Shown here piece after piece: positions 45,330 through 53,525 of a stretch of 53,531 nucleotides of DNA. The notes under the pieces were generated by a model that saw only the letters and a program-made list of their open reading frames with translations, had not been told where the DNA came from and searched no databases. The position numbers and the translations under genes were made by a program. This DNA comes from a virus. Where the stretch lies: the UHGV virus genome UHGV-0350075; one strand, 5' to 3'. Within the stretch, counting starts at the first letter, position 1; each line of letters opens with the position of its first letter.

Positions 45330-45357
45330 AAAGCAAAAACCCGGCGCGGTGCCGGGT
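45330..45357 (-). terminator. intrinsic terminator 20 nt upstream of holin (tR'-like, candidate Q target)
   Basis: CCCGGC-accgc-GCCGGG followed on reverse strand by TTTTTGCTTTGTT, then GGAGG SD and holin ATG. Confidence 0.55.
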
Positions 45358-45419
45358 AATTACAATTTCGCATTGTTAGGAAATATTTTAATCTATTTGT
45401 TTTTTATGCGCGATTATGG

Positions 45420-45617
45420 TTACAAATCACCAACCTTGCGCCAGTATCCGTGATTAACCATCGTGATAACTTCTTTCGCTGTCATAGGTAAAAATGGCTC
45501 ATGCCACCGATCAAGACTACCAAGACGCATCAAAACGTGCTCACCTTCGAGGCGGTAATAAGCTCGCGTAGCCAATGACTGATAAACGCCATCATATTCA
45601 TGGTCGCTATTTCCCAT
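45420..45617 (-). CDS. hypothetical protein
   Basis: Track ORF 65 aa. Confidence 0.4.
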   Translation of the reverse strand: MGNSDHEYDGVYQSLATRAYYRLEGEHVLMRLGSLDRWHEPFLPMTAKEVITMVNHGYWRKVGDL

Positions 45618-45873
45618 TTTTACGCTCCTTAATGGCTCGCCTGATTTGCTCTGCCGTAGCGTCGAAGAAAGCGATAAACACAGTCACAGGCCAAAAAGGA
45701 ATCTCAAGTCCACCAGGTTCAGCACCGCTAAACTTAATAAAACATGACATCAGGATCGCGCCAGCGATATAAAGCAAAACAGTCACAGCAATAAGGCATT
45801 CAATCATCTTCACCCCCAAGATCGTGATAAATATCGTTAGGGTCTTCTCCATGTTCCTCGCAAAAACGCTCAA
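45607..45873 (-). CDS. small membrane protein
   Basis: Track ORF 88 aa; two hydrophobic segments; true start may be internal (MIECL...). Confidence 0.45.
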   Translation of the reverse strand: MSVFARNMEKTLTIFITILGVKMIECLIAVTVLLYIAGAILMSCFIKFSGAEPGGLEIPFWPVTVFIAFFDATAEQIRRAIKERKNGK

Positions 45874-45931
45874 ATAGCGCCCAATTTTCAGAAAGAAACA
45901 TGATTAATAAATTTTTATACCACTCTTCCAT

Positions 45932-46180
45932 TTAATCATCCTCATCGTCTTCATGTTCAGCCAGGAACTCATCAACTACGCGGTAAGTAACTGGCGGGAT
46001 GTATTCGAAATCATCAGAATCAAGATCAAGCGTCCTGCTGTCGCCATCGTCATCAATCGTATTCATCCCTAACTCACCGAAAGGGCCGTACCCAATGTGG
46101 CCCAGGTATTCGCTTCCAGTAGTAAAGCCAGGATATTCACCTTTACAACGTATTTTGTAAGGTCTATTTGATGCGCTCAA
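45932..46180 (-). CDS. hypothetical acidic protein
   Basis: Track ORF 82 aa; DDEDD C-terminus. Confidence 0.45.
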   Translation of the reverse strand: MSASNRPYKIRCKGEYPGFTTGSEYLGHIGYGPFGELGMNTIDDDGDSRTLDLDSDDFEYIPPVTYRVVDEFLAEHEDDEDD

Positions 46181-46487
46181 TTTTAATTCCCCCTTCTTCT
46201 CCTTCAGTCATTTTATATTCTGCCACTAGTTCAGCTCCAACCAATCCCACATCAGCATTAGCTATGCCAGGGAACTCCAGATAGGCAAAAATAAGGCTTT
46301 TAATTCTATTCAGGTCTTCAAGATGGTCTGCATTAAAAGGCGGTTCAGATACGTGAAAGCATTTAACGTGCGCATCGTCTTCAGTAGCTACACGGAAACA
46401 TACGCCACGTTCACCTGCGAATGGTCCAATTTCTTTATCTTCTGGAAAATTGCCACGAAAAACCTTAACGCTGATAAATTTAGACAT
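46164..46487 (-). CDS. hypothetical protein
   Basis: Track ORF 107 aa. Confidence 0.5.
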   Translation of the reverse strand: MSKFISVKVFRGNFPEDKEIGPFAGERGVCFRVATEDDAHVKCFHVSEPPFNADHLEDLNRIKSLIFAYLEFPGIANADVGLVGAELVAEYKMTEGEEGGIKIERIK

Positions 46488-46510
46488 TTATTATTCCCCT
46501 TCGTAATAAA

Positions 46511-46840
46511 TTAAAACTCCGCACCAGGTAAGCTACGCGCTTTATTTACCGCATCGTGCTTTAACGATAAACCAGCGTAATAATTCATAATCCCCATATT
46601 ACCTACTGGTATTTCATCATTTTCTGCCTTTATTCTTAACAACTGGTTTTTAGTGAAGATCCTGTCTCCATCAGTGATATATAACCAGTCGCCGCGCTTA
46701 CCAACAACAACATGAGATCTGCCTAAACTGTCTTTAAATTCATAATTGCAGAAAACATCATCGTTAGGGACTTCAACAAAACAGCACGCAATAAATTTAG
46801 CGCTTTTCATAATTACACCCTTCTGATTTGATGGGGCCAT
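46511..46840 (-). CDS. hypothetical protein
   Basis: Track ORF 109 aa. Confidence 0.5.
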   Translation of the reverse strand: MAPSNQKGVIMKSAKFIACCFVEVPNDDVFCNYEFKDSLGRSHVVVGKRGDWLYITDGDRIFTKNQLLRIKAENDEIPVGNMGIMNYYAGLSLKHDAVNKARSLPGAEF

Positions 46841-46853
46841 CCGGCCCCGTGTT

Positions 46854-46994
46854 TTATTCTTCTTCGTCTCCCTTGAATCCTAAACACTCCGCGTATTCGT
46901 CAATGCTTAATGCTTCTTCACCTGGTGCCAGCAATTCAAAGTAGCGGGCATATAACTCAAAAACCCATGCCGGATATTTAGCGTTAGCGCTCAT
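46854..46994 (-). CDS. hypothetical acidic protein (46 aa)
   Basis: Own translation MSANAKYPAWVFELYARYFELLAPGEE...; GGAGGGGAGG SD; first ORF after regulatory gap. Confidence 0.35.
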   Translation of the reverse strand: MSANAKYPAWVFELYARYFELLAPGEEALSIDEYAECLGFKGDEEE

Positions 46995-47073
46995 CTTCTT
47001 GCCTCCCCTCCGCCTTTCCGTGGCTTATATATAACAAAATGGCACTGTCGAAACAATGCCATTTCGTATACAT

Positions 47074-47089
47074 TGTGATACAGATCACA
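47074..47089. promoter_or_regulatory. CRP-like palindrome TGTGATACAGATCACA
   Basis: Perfect TGTGA-N6-TCACA in 114-bp gap 46995..47108; flanked by ACAAAATGGCA and TGCCATTT. Confidence 0.45.
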
Positions 47090-47108
47090 TTTATGGTTGT
47101 CCAACGCC

Positions 47109-47315
47109 TCACCACTTAACAAAACGCGCGATCGGTTCCGTACCAAACTGACTGGTAACGTGTCCACGCGCGTAGCAATCCCAATAGCGCCACGCGTCGC
47201 CGTGGTCGTCTTTAATGTATTGGGTGTTAAGTTTATCACCAGTCAGGTGATCTACGGTATATATTCCGCCAACCTCAAAGCATGATGATTTTGATTCAGT
47301 GCATCTGACGAACAT
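47109..47315 (-). CDS. hypothetical protein
   Basis: Track ORF 68 aa. Confidence 0.45.
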   Translation of the reverse strand: MFVRCTESKSSCFEVGGIYTVDHLTGDKLNTQYIKDDHGDAWRYWDCYARGHVTSQFGTEPIARFVKW

Positions 47316-47566
47316 TAGAAAACCCCTTTATAATCGACCGTGTATTTTGCTATCAGTTTCCAGTCGCAATAATTTTCCATGTCGCGCGGTTGCCAGCCTT
47401 TCATGCCTACCGCACTTCGCGCAGCGTGACGGCGATAATCGTCATTAAGATCGGCAATACACCACGGTTGAAGGAAGAACATATAATTCGCTTCGTTAAC
47501 CAGAATAGCCATCATCCGTCCAGTGGCCTTATCTTTCGCCCTGAAATAACTTACCTTGATTTTCAT
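47315..47566 (-). CDS. hypothetical protein
   Basis: Track ORF 83 aa. Confidence 0.45.
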   Translation of the reverse strand: MKIKVSYFRAKDKATGRMMAILVNEANYMFFLQPWCIADLNDDYRRHAARSAVGMKGWQPRDMENYCDWKLIAKYTVDYKGVF

Positions 47567-47777
47567 TTTTAATTACCTCGATCAGCATTTCTTCTTCCAG
47601 GTTAGCCGGACGTTTACGGAATATCCCGGCAAAAACCAGATCATCGAGTAGGTCTTTACGCTTAAATAACCACTCCTTCATTATCACCCCGTCGTCACTG
47701 CGATATACGACGCCGTTTTTCAAAAAATAAAAAGTGTGGGTATTTGTCTGAAGGTATAGATCTTCGTAAACGTCCAT
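47529..47777 (-). CDS. hypothetical protein
   Basis: Track ORF 82 aa. Confidence 0.45.
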   Translation of the reverse strand: MDVYEDLYLQTNTHTFYFLKNGVVYRSDDGVIMKEWLFKRKDLLDDLVFAGIFRKRPANLEEEMLIEVIKNENQGKLFQGER

Positions 47778-47781
47778 GATA

Positions 47782-48009
47782 TTAACCCTCGACTACTTGC
47801 AGCCCGCGCCCCTTGTCGCCCACGAAGTCGCCCAGGCTGAACGTATACGACCACGCCGGATTGATATAATTATCATCAGCACCGTGAGCAATAAGGTCTT
47901 TACCCAAAATGACGCAGGTCACATCATCAGAGTGAACAACGCCTACCGTTTCCCCTACTACGCGTTTTAATGACGGGTATCCGTGATCGTGTAAGAATTT
48001 AACTTTCAT
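47782..48009 (-). CDS. hypothetical protein
   Basis: Track ORF 75 aa. Confidence 0.45.
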   Translation of the reverse strand: MKVKFLHDHGYPSLKRVVGETVGVVHSDDVTCVILGKDLIAHGADDNYINPAWSYTFSLGDFVGDKGRGLQVVEG

Positions 48010-48284
48010 TCCTCTGTCTCCCAGCGGTCTATGCTGATTAAAAAGTCACGGATAGCGTGTCGCTCGTCGCGCGTCGGCTTGCGCTTCCGGTAAATCCTGA
48101 AATCGAACCATGCTTTTTCCTGCTCAAAATCCAGGTCGTAAGCAAGTGCCTCAATGTATCCGCATTCGTGATACTGGTACGCCACGCCAGCACGAACAAA
48201 AAAGCGGGTTTTATCCCGCTTGTGTTCATAGATACGCATATCCACCTCGTTAAGCAGTTGTGTAGCTATCCACCAGCTTTTCAT
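48006..48284 (-). CDS. hypothetical protein
   Basis: Track ORF 92 aa. Confidence 0.45.
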   Translation of the reverse strand: MKSWWIATQLLNEVDMRIYEHKRDKTRFFVRAGVAYQYHECGYIEALAYDLDFEQEKAWFDFRIYRKRKPTRDERHAIRDFLISIDRWETEE

Positions 48285-48480
48285 CTTTCATTCTGGCAAG
48301 CTGTGCGATGTTCATCGTGTAGCCGCCATCAGCGAAAAGCAATTCCGCCGCCGCGCGACGAAAAGCAATATCATCATGGTTACGTGTCCATGTAGCGATC
48401 ACAACGCGTTTCCCGTTAGTGGCGAACATAGACAATTCATTATCAACAACGTCGATAGCCTGCCAGATTTTTAATTCCAT
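48250..48480 (-). CDS. hypothetical protein
   Basis: Track ORF 76 aa. Confidence 0.45.
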   Translation of the reverse strand: MELKIWQAIDVVDNELSMFATNGKRVVIATWTRNHDDIAFRRAAAELLFADGGYTMNIAQLARMKDEKLVDSYTTA

Positions 48481-48836
48481 GATTTATCCCCGTAGATCTT
48501 GAATAGTTCGCGCTCTTCCTGGTCTTCAACTATCCCTATATGCAGATCACGCAGGCGGCGCATTGTGCGGAATCGTGGCCTGAACTCCTGACTGCGTTTA
48601 ATGTATTTGCCGCCAATTGAATAAATATGACCGTATGAGTACCATCTATTGCCTACCCATATTTCATATTCTTTGCCTTCGTAATTGAATTTTATCGTTA
48701 GCTCGCAGACTTCAACTATTAACCCTTTATCAATAATGTCATTGAGCATTTCGTCCCATTCTTTGAGGAATGGTTGTTGATAAAAACCAAAAAGCGTATT
48801 TACAGCGTGGCAAAGGTAATCAATGATTATTTGCAT
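48471..48836 (-). CDS. hypothetical protein
   Basis: Track ORF 121 aa. Confidence 0.5.
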   Translation of the reverse strand: MQIIIDYLCHAVNTLFGFYQQPFLKEWDEMLNDIIDKGLIVEVCELTIKFNYEGKEYEIWVGNRWYSYGHIYSIGGKYIKRSQEFRPRFRTMRRLRDLHIGIVEDQEERELFKIYGDKSWN

Positions 48837-48840
48837 ATTG

Positions 48841-49047
48841 TCACCACATCATATAGTAAACGTTATCATATGCTAATTCGTCTGCGTCTCTTTGACAGTC
48901 GATTGTTGCATCATCTTCGTGCCATTCTTTAGCAAATAAACGCGCCCATTTACGACGCTCACGTTTATTGTGCCGCAGGTCACTAAAAACCATTAAAGCC
49001 TTGTCGTAAGCTCTTACCATGCGTTTCATTCTACTTTTCATCTTCAC
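48841..49047 (-). CDS. hypothetical basic protein
   Basis: Track ORF 68 aa. Confidence 0.45.
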   Translation of the reverse strand: MKMKSRMKRMVRAYDKALMVFSDLRHNKRERRKWARLFAKEWHEDDATIDCQRDADELAYDNVYYMMW

Positions 49048-49246
49048 CCTTCCTTAATTCCTTAATTTCAATATTGCGTAACCGGACGTCGCACGGCGTT
49101 TCAGATTTACCAGTAAGCGCCAGCGCCAGGTTTTCAGGTGTCGTGCAAAGGATTATCTCTTTACCTGTGCTAAATTTAATTTCTATGCGGATCTCGTTTT
49201 CGTCACCGCACAATACACGGTTAATTGACAGGCCAGCTTTTTTCAT
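49031..49246 (-). CDS. hypothetical protein
   Basis: Track ORF 71 aa. Confidence 0.45.
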   Translation of the reverse strand: MKKAGLSINRVLCGDENEIRIEIKFSTGKEIILCTTPENLALALTGKSETPCDVRLRNIEIKELRKGEDEK

Positions 49247-49587
49247 TGCTCACCCCACCTTAACATCCAATTCACATCACATTTAATTGCGAATACCTTC
49301 ACCGGATCAGGACCGAATAATGGATGTGTGATAGTTTTAACTTCATAGCCAAAATAAGGAAGGTTAATAATCCTGTGTTTTTCGTGGTTGGCAGGATATC
49401 CCCATTTAATAATCAGGCGTTCATATTCCCGCCCTTCCAGACGTTTACGCCAATAGTCATTATAAAGCCGGTATTCCTCCACCTTCTTTCCAGTCCATAT
49501 GGCGTGGAAATATTCCCCTTTCAGATTCAAATGCAGGTCTTTACTTGCCATCGCTATGATCCTGTAAACAGTCGTTATAGCCTTCAA
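49243..49587 (-). CDS. ASCH/DUF3850-like domain protein
   Basis: 114 aa; pattern HLNLKGEYFHAIWTGKKVEEYRLYNDYW resembles ASCH-like fold proteins; true start may be MASKDL. Confidence 0.45.
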   Translation of the reverse strand: MKAITTVYRIIAMASKDLHLNLKGEYFHAIWTGKKVEEYRLYNDYWRKRLEGREYERLIIKWGYPANHEKHRIINLPYFGYEVKTITHPLFGPDPVKVFAIKCDVNWMLRWGEQ

Positions 49588-49819
49588 TGTATCCGGTTAA
49601 TCCGGTGTTACTCACTGACCATTCAGCAGAACGGCGCTTGATGGCTTCGTCCATCGTCATAACATCGACCGGATCTCTTAAGCCTATATATTTCCGCAAT
49701 TCCGTAATTATCACCGCCCTTAATTGTTGTGTATTTGAGTACGCCCTAGCCTTATCAGTTATTCCGTTTACAAGATTCCTAAATTCATGTTCTTTTAATT
49801 TAGGTTTCATCATCGTCAC
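49541..49819 (-). CDS. hypothetical protein
   Basis: Track ORF 92 aa. Confidence 0.45.
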   Translation of the reverse strand: MTMMKPKLKEHEFRNLVNGITDKARAYSNTQQLRAVIITELRKYIGLRDPVDVMTMDEAIKRRSAEWSVSNTGLTGYIEGYNDCLQDHSDGK

Positions 49820-50000
49820 CCCGTTTGTAAATTTTGACTGGCTTAATTGGGATGGCTGGTAATTCTCCTTCGTTTAACGCGCTCGCCATACCCAATATTA
49901 AGCGTGCTTCAGTACCAGTGACTTTCTTACACCATGCGCCGCCTGTTTTATCTTGAAATAAGATAACAGCAAACTGATCGTTTATTTCCAGCTTACCCAT
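49800..50000 (-). CDS. hypothetical protein
   Basis: Track ORF 66 aa directly downstream of Q. Confidence 0.45.
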   Translation of the reverse strand: MGKLEINDQFAVILFQDKTGGAWCKKVTGTEARLILGMASALNEGELPAIPIKPVKIYKRGDDDET

Positions 50001-50722
50001 TATTCACCCCGTGTCACTCGTTTAATCTCACTTTCCGCGCGGGCCTCTTCTTTGAATAGCTCCGCTATGGCGTCTTCATAGAAAACCCGGTATTTCTTCC
50101 ACCATGTTGATCTGCTTACCGGAAAAACAAGCTGATTAACCGCCTGCCGGACAAGATCTACAGGGAAACGTGAGTACCCGCGCCCGCCGCAATGCTGGCA
50201 CGTTTTAAACACTGGCATTTCCGCCGCTTCGCTGGCTGCTTTATCCGGTATTTCGCCGCGCCCCTTGCATTGTTTACAATGATTGCGAACCTTTCCATGC
50301 CCCTTGCATTTTTTGCAAAGGTGTTTTTCTCCGTAGTCGTCAAACGTAAATTTATATCCGCCGCACTCCATACAAGTTTTTTCCGTCGCGGCGCTTTGGC
50401 AATAATCCCGAAACGCGAAAACGGCAACAAGAATAATGAGATCATTGCGTTGTGCCTCGTTCAGTTCCATGACGTATTCATAATCTTTTGCCATAGCTCT
50501 TAAACGCTCTGTAAGCAAAACTACGGCCCTGTGTTTTTCGGCTTGTGATAGTTCCATCTTTCCCAAAAAAGCGCTATATCCAAGCTCTACGCGCGATTGC
50601 GCCATACCCGCAGCGGTTAGCGCATCCGTCGTATTAAGAGCGTCCGGGGACGTGCCCCGGCTTTCGTCAGATAATCGCGGTGATTTAGGAAAGTGGAATT
50701 TTAGAATGGATTCTAAATTCAT
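50000..50722 (-). CDS. Q: late-gene antiterminator Q (lambda Q-like)
   Basis: 240 aa; N-terminus MNLESILKFHFPKSPRLSD...AAGMAQS matches lambda Q as recalled; Cys-rich zinc-binding region. Confidence 0.8.
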   Translation of the reverse strand: MNLESILKFHFPKSPRLSDESRGTSPDALNTTDALTAAGMAQSRVELGYSAFLGKMELSQAEKHRAVVLLTERLRAMAKDYEYVMELNEAQRNDLIILVAVFAFRDYCQSAATEKTCMECGGYKFTFDDYGEKHLCKKCKGHGKVRNHCKQCKGRGEIPDKAASEAAEMPVFKTCQHCGGRGYSRFPVDLVRQAVNQLVFPVSRSTWWKKYRVFYEDAIAELFKEEARAESEIKRVTRGE

Positions 50723-50904
50723 TATTTGCCCTCATAACGTGCCGCCAGCCGTTTACGATCAGAAATGGATTGCACCAGCTTTCTTTCGAACTCTTTCAGC
50801 GCAAGTAATTCGCGCATGTGGAAAGCCTGGATTTGTCGGACCGTCTCTAAATCACGCTCGTCGCGCTGAATATCTATTTGCAGATCTTTAACTTCGTTTT
50901 TCAT
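50722..50904 (-). CDS. hypothetical coiled-coil protein
   Basis: Track ORF 60 aa between rusA and Q. Confidence 0.45.
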   Translation of the reverse strand: MKNEVKDLQIDIQRDERDLETVRQIQAFHMRELLALKEFERKLVQSISDRKRLAARYEGK

Positions 50905-51308
50905 TGCTCACCCCACATATTAGTCGCGTATTCGTCAATATCCGGTAGTAGGTCGCCGCGTTCGCGGATCTTAATAAACAAGCGTCCGCCTTTTACCTTC
51001 CGGCAGCGAACAATTTTTATTGAGTCGATTTGCCCGTCATCCTTCCAGAATCCGGCATAAGTAAGGCTGTCAAAAAGGCATTTAGGGATATTATCCAGAT
51101 CTCTGATCCGGTTATCCGGCGGCGCGGCGTAAATGGCAATTGCCAGTCGGCAAGGTAGGTTAATATTTAAATTTAATAGCTCGATGATGTCTCTTACTTG
51201 TTCCCTGTATTCCTTCCCCACTTTGCTGATATAGTGAAAACCGCGCGAATGTCGGTAATAGCGATTATTCGATGGCGGGTAAGGCAGGCTAAAAGAATAT
51301 TCATTCAT
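50901..51308 (-). CDS. rusA: Holliday junction resolvase RusA
   Basis: 135 aa; close to E. coli RusA as recalled (PPSNNRYYRH, RDLDN, FDSLTYAGFWKDD, KGGRL). Confidence 0.85.
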   Translation of the reverse strand: MNEYSFSLPYPPSNNRYYRHSRGFHYISKVGKEYREQVRDIIELLNLNINLPCRLAIAIYAAPPDNRIRDLDNIPKCLFDSLTYAGFWKDDGQIDSIKIVRCRKVKGGRLFIKIRERGDLLPDIDEYATNMWGEQ

Positions 51309-51910
51309 GCTGCCTTTCTCCTTAAGGCGTCCAATTTAGCCTGATAGATGTTTATTAGCTCCTTACATTCTGCAATCGTCCATTTATGCGTATCATTGTT
51401 GTTCTCCAGAGCTACCACCCTGGCGAGGCCAATTTTTCGAATCAGCGCCGGGCGATACCCTCCGATGTTGCCGTCTAGTGTCTGGTTGCAGTGCCTACAT
51501 TGCTTATGGCAATTATCCTCGTTGAAGCGAAGGTGTCCGGCGGCGGCTACCGTCCTGTAATGACCTGCATCCCACCCGCATTGCTCACCGTAGTAAGTCC
51601 CGCAAGATATACACGGCAAGCGCGCGTCACGTTCGCGAATATAGGCGTTAAATACATTTTGAACTTGTTTGATCCAATAACTACGCGGATTTAACTGTTT
51701 ACGCTTCCGGTTGCGTTCTTCCCTCTGGCTATCACGGCGTTTCTTCCGCTCCATAGCCTTCATAGCCTTCTCACGGTCGCGGCATAGCTGGTCAAACTTC
51801 AGTTCTTCCAGACATTCATCGCTGCACCACGTTTGATTGTGATATTTAGGCTCAAAAAAAACGCCGCAGCATTTGCAACGGCGTCTTATGGGTTTTTTAG
51901 GGTTTTGCAT
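51305..51910 (-). CDS. ninG: NinG/Rap recombination protein
   Basis: Track ORF (GTG 52000) trimmed to ATG 51910; RRRCK..C, PRSYWIKQ, LPCISCGT, WDAGHYRT, LRFNE, HKQC as in lambda NinG. Confidence 0.8.
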   Translation of the reverse strand: MQNPKKPIRRRCKCCGVFFEPKYHNQTWCSDECLEELKFDQLCRDREKAMKAMERKKRRDSQREERNRKRKQLNPRSYWIKQVQNVFNAYIRERDARLPCISCGTYYGEQCGWDAGHYRTVAAAGHLRFNEDNCHKQCRHCNQTLDGNIGGYRPALIRKIGLARVVALENNNDTHKWTIAECKELINIYQAKLDALRRKAA

Positions 51911-51924
51911 AAAAACCACCCCGA

Positions 51925-52101
51925 TTATTTTTGATTCTCTGTTTCGTTCAGCCTTTCGGCGTGTCCGGCCCTTAGCCAATGTTCTAAGCATTCGTTGCAC
52001 TCGTTACAGCCTCCTTTCTTCGTGCTGCATACATTGCACATTGCACGCATAACGCTTTCTCGTTCATAGTCGTCATGCCATTGGTAATTATCAAAAGGCA
52101 T
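51925..52101 (-). CDS. NinF-like small zinc-ribbon protein (58 aa)
   Basis: Own translation MPFDNYQWHDDYERESVMRAMCNVCSTKKGGCNECNEC...; 15 nt upstream of ninG, same size and position as lambda NinF. Confidence 0.4.
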   Translation of the reverse strand: MPFDNYQWHDDYERESVMRAMCNVCSTKKGGCNECNECLEHWLRAGHAERLNETENQK

Positions 52102-52222
52102 AATGCTCTCTCCTTTTCAGGTGATTTCTACGCATTTCAGCGCTGCCGGATTTTTAAAGAGCATTTTGTTTGCTTGAAGTATACAAAATGGATACGTGCT
52201 AACAAGGTGTAAAGCGCCATTA

Positions 52223-52238
52223 TGTGACATTCATCACA
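52223..52238. promoter_or_regulatory. CRP-like palindrome TGTGACATTCATCACA
   Basis: Perfect TGTGA-N6-TCACA in 159-bp gap 52102..52260; flanked by GTATACAAAATGG and GCCATTTTGTAAAC. Confidence 0.45.
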
Positions 52239-52260
52239 CAATGACGCCATTTTGTAAACT

Positions 52261-53025
52261 TCAGTCCGGCAAAACGCGGTTGAGCGTAGTACGATTGATG
52301 GCCCGGTCGTTAGCCAGGAATACAGCACGGGCGAAGCCACGCGGCGTTAGTGAGCGGATCATCTTTGTTCGCTTTGATTTTCCGCCTAACTTCGCGTGCT
52401 GCTTACTATCTTCCCATTCATCTGGCATCGGCACAGGACGGAATAGAGGCTGCTTAAATCCATTCCCGCACCAAATACAAGTTTTCTTCGTGTAGGCGTC
52501 GCGGTCGGCAATGTATTCCGGGAAAGCGGGATGCTTATCATCTTCCGGCAGGTAGCCACCGTAAGCGCACGGATTGAAGATGAAATCCGGTTTACGCCAT
52601 AACGTTGACAATGCGCCTACCGGATTTTCCACCATCCACGGGACGTTATACATACTCGCCAGCGTTTCTACTAACTTTGCGTTATACGCTGCCTTCTGCT
52701 GAAAGTAAGGATCTTTCTTCCGCTTATCAGCGAACCAACGAGCGCCGGACACAGCAAGATCATCACACGGAGGAAATCCCAGGATAATGTCAGGATCTGG
52801 ATATACAGACAATTCAGGGGAGAACATTACCAGAAAATGGCTATCAATCCAGACGTTAACATATTCAATATTTGGATGAATTATTTTTACCCCGTCATAA
52901 TCACCGTGATTAGCGCCGTCATAGTTGAAGCAATAACATTTATAACCAGCGTCCGCCCAATCTTTAACAGCGTACCCGCTGCCGTCATACAGCGACCACA
53001 CCACCCAATTTCTAAGCCCGCTCAT
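52261..53025 (-). CDS. putative methyltransferase-like protein (degenerate cytosine-C5 MTase-like motifs)
   Basis: 254 aa; motif I-like WSLYDGSGYA, motif IV-like GFPPCDD (PC dipeptide), motif VI-like ENPVG; no sizeable target-recognition domain. Confidence 0.35.
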   Translation of the reverse strand: MSGLRNWVVWSLYDGSGYAVKDWADAGYKCYCFNYDGANHGDYDGVKIIHPNIEYVNVWIDSHFLVMFSPELSVYPDPDIILGFPPCDDLAVSGARWFADKRKKDPYFQQKAAYNAKLVETLASMYNVPWMVENPVGALSTLWRKPDFIFNPCAYGGYLPEDDKHPAFPEYIADRDAYTKKTCIWCGNGFKQPLFRPVPMPDEWEDSKQHAKLGGKSKRTKMIRSLTPRGFARAVFLANDRAINRTTLNRVLPD

Positions 53026-53525
53026 TTTCTACCCTCAAACGTGAAATAGCGGCGCATGATGATAGTAATCACCGTTACCGCTGCCATTTTTGAGATGAAT
53101 TGCATAGCTGATATTTCCGGCATAAATGCCATAAACGATAGCGTCGGGAAAATTAACGCATCACCTATGGCGGACGCTATATTTGCAGGCCAACGTTTAG
53201 AATCAAAGTCACCAGGCAAAACCCGGTAAACGCCGCCAGAAATAAGCGCACCGGAAACAACCGCGACAAATGACGCGATCGCCACCATTCCGGCGTCGTA
53301 ATTTATCAGCACAGTGATTGCGCCAGCGGCGGCGCATGTTGTAGCCGACCATTTCAGGCCGCCGTCATATAACAGGAAGTCACGGATCATCATATTGACA
53401 CACACGGCGGCTACCGTGGTGATCGGAATTACCCACGGGCCGCAATGGTTAACAATAAGATTTATGATCACGAAAACGGCGACATAAACGCAGGCTAATA
53501 ACCTGTCAATTGTCACCCTTTCCAT
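53022..53525 (-). CDS. integral membrane protein (possibly YhhQ/queuosine-precursor transporter-like)
   Basis: 167 aa, about 5 TM segments; C-terminal ASAIGDALIFPTLSFMAF resembles YhhQ-family signature; start 6 nt from window edge. Confidence 0.35.
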   Translation of the reverse strand: MERVTIDRLLACVYVAVFVIINLIVNHCGPWVIPITTVAAVCVNMMIRDFLLYDGGLKWSATTCAAAGAITVLINYDAGMVAIASFVAVVSGALISGGVYRVLPGDFDSKRWPANIASAIGDALIFPTLSFMAFMPEISAMQFISKMAAVTVITIIMRRYFTFEGRK

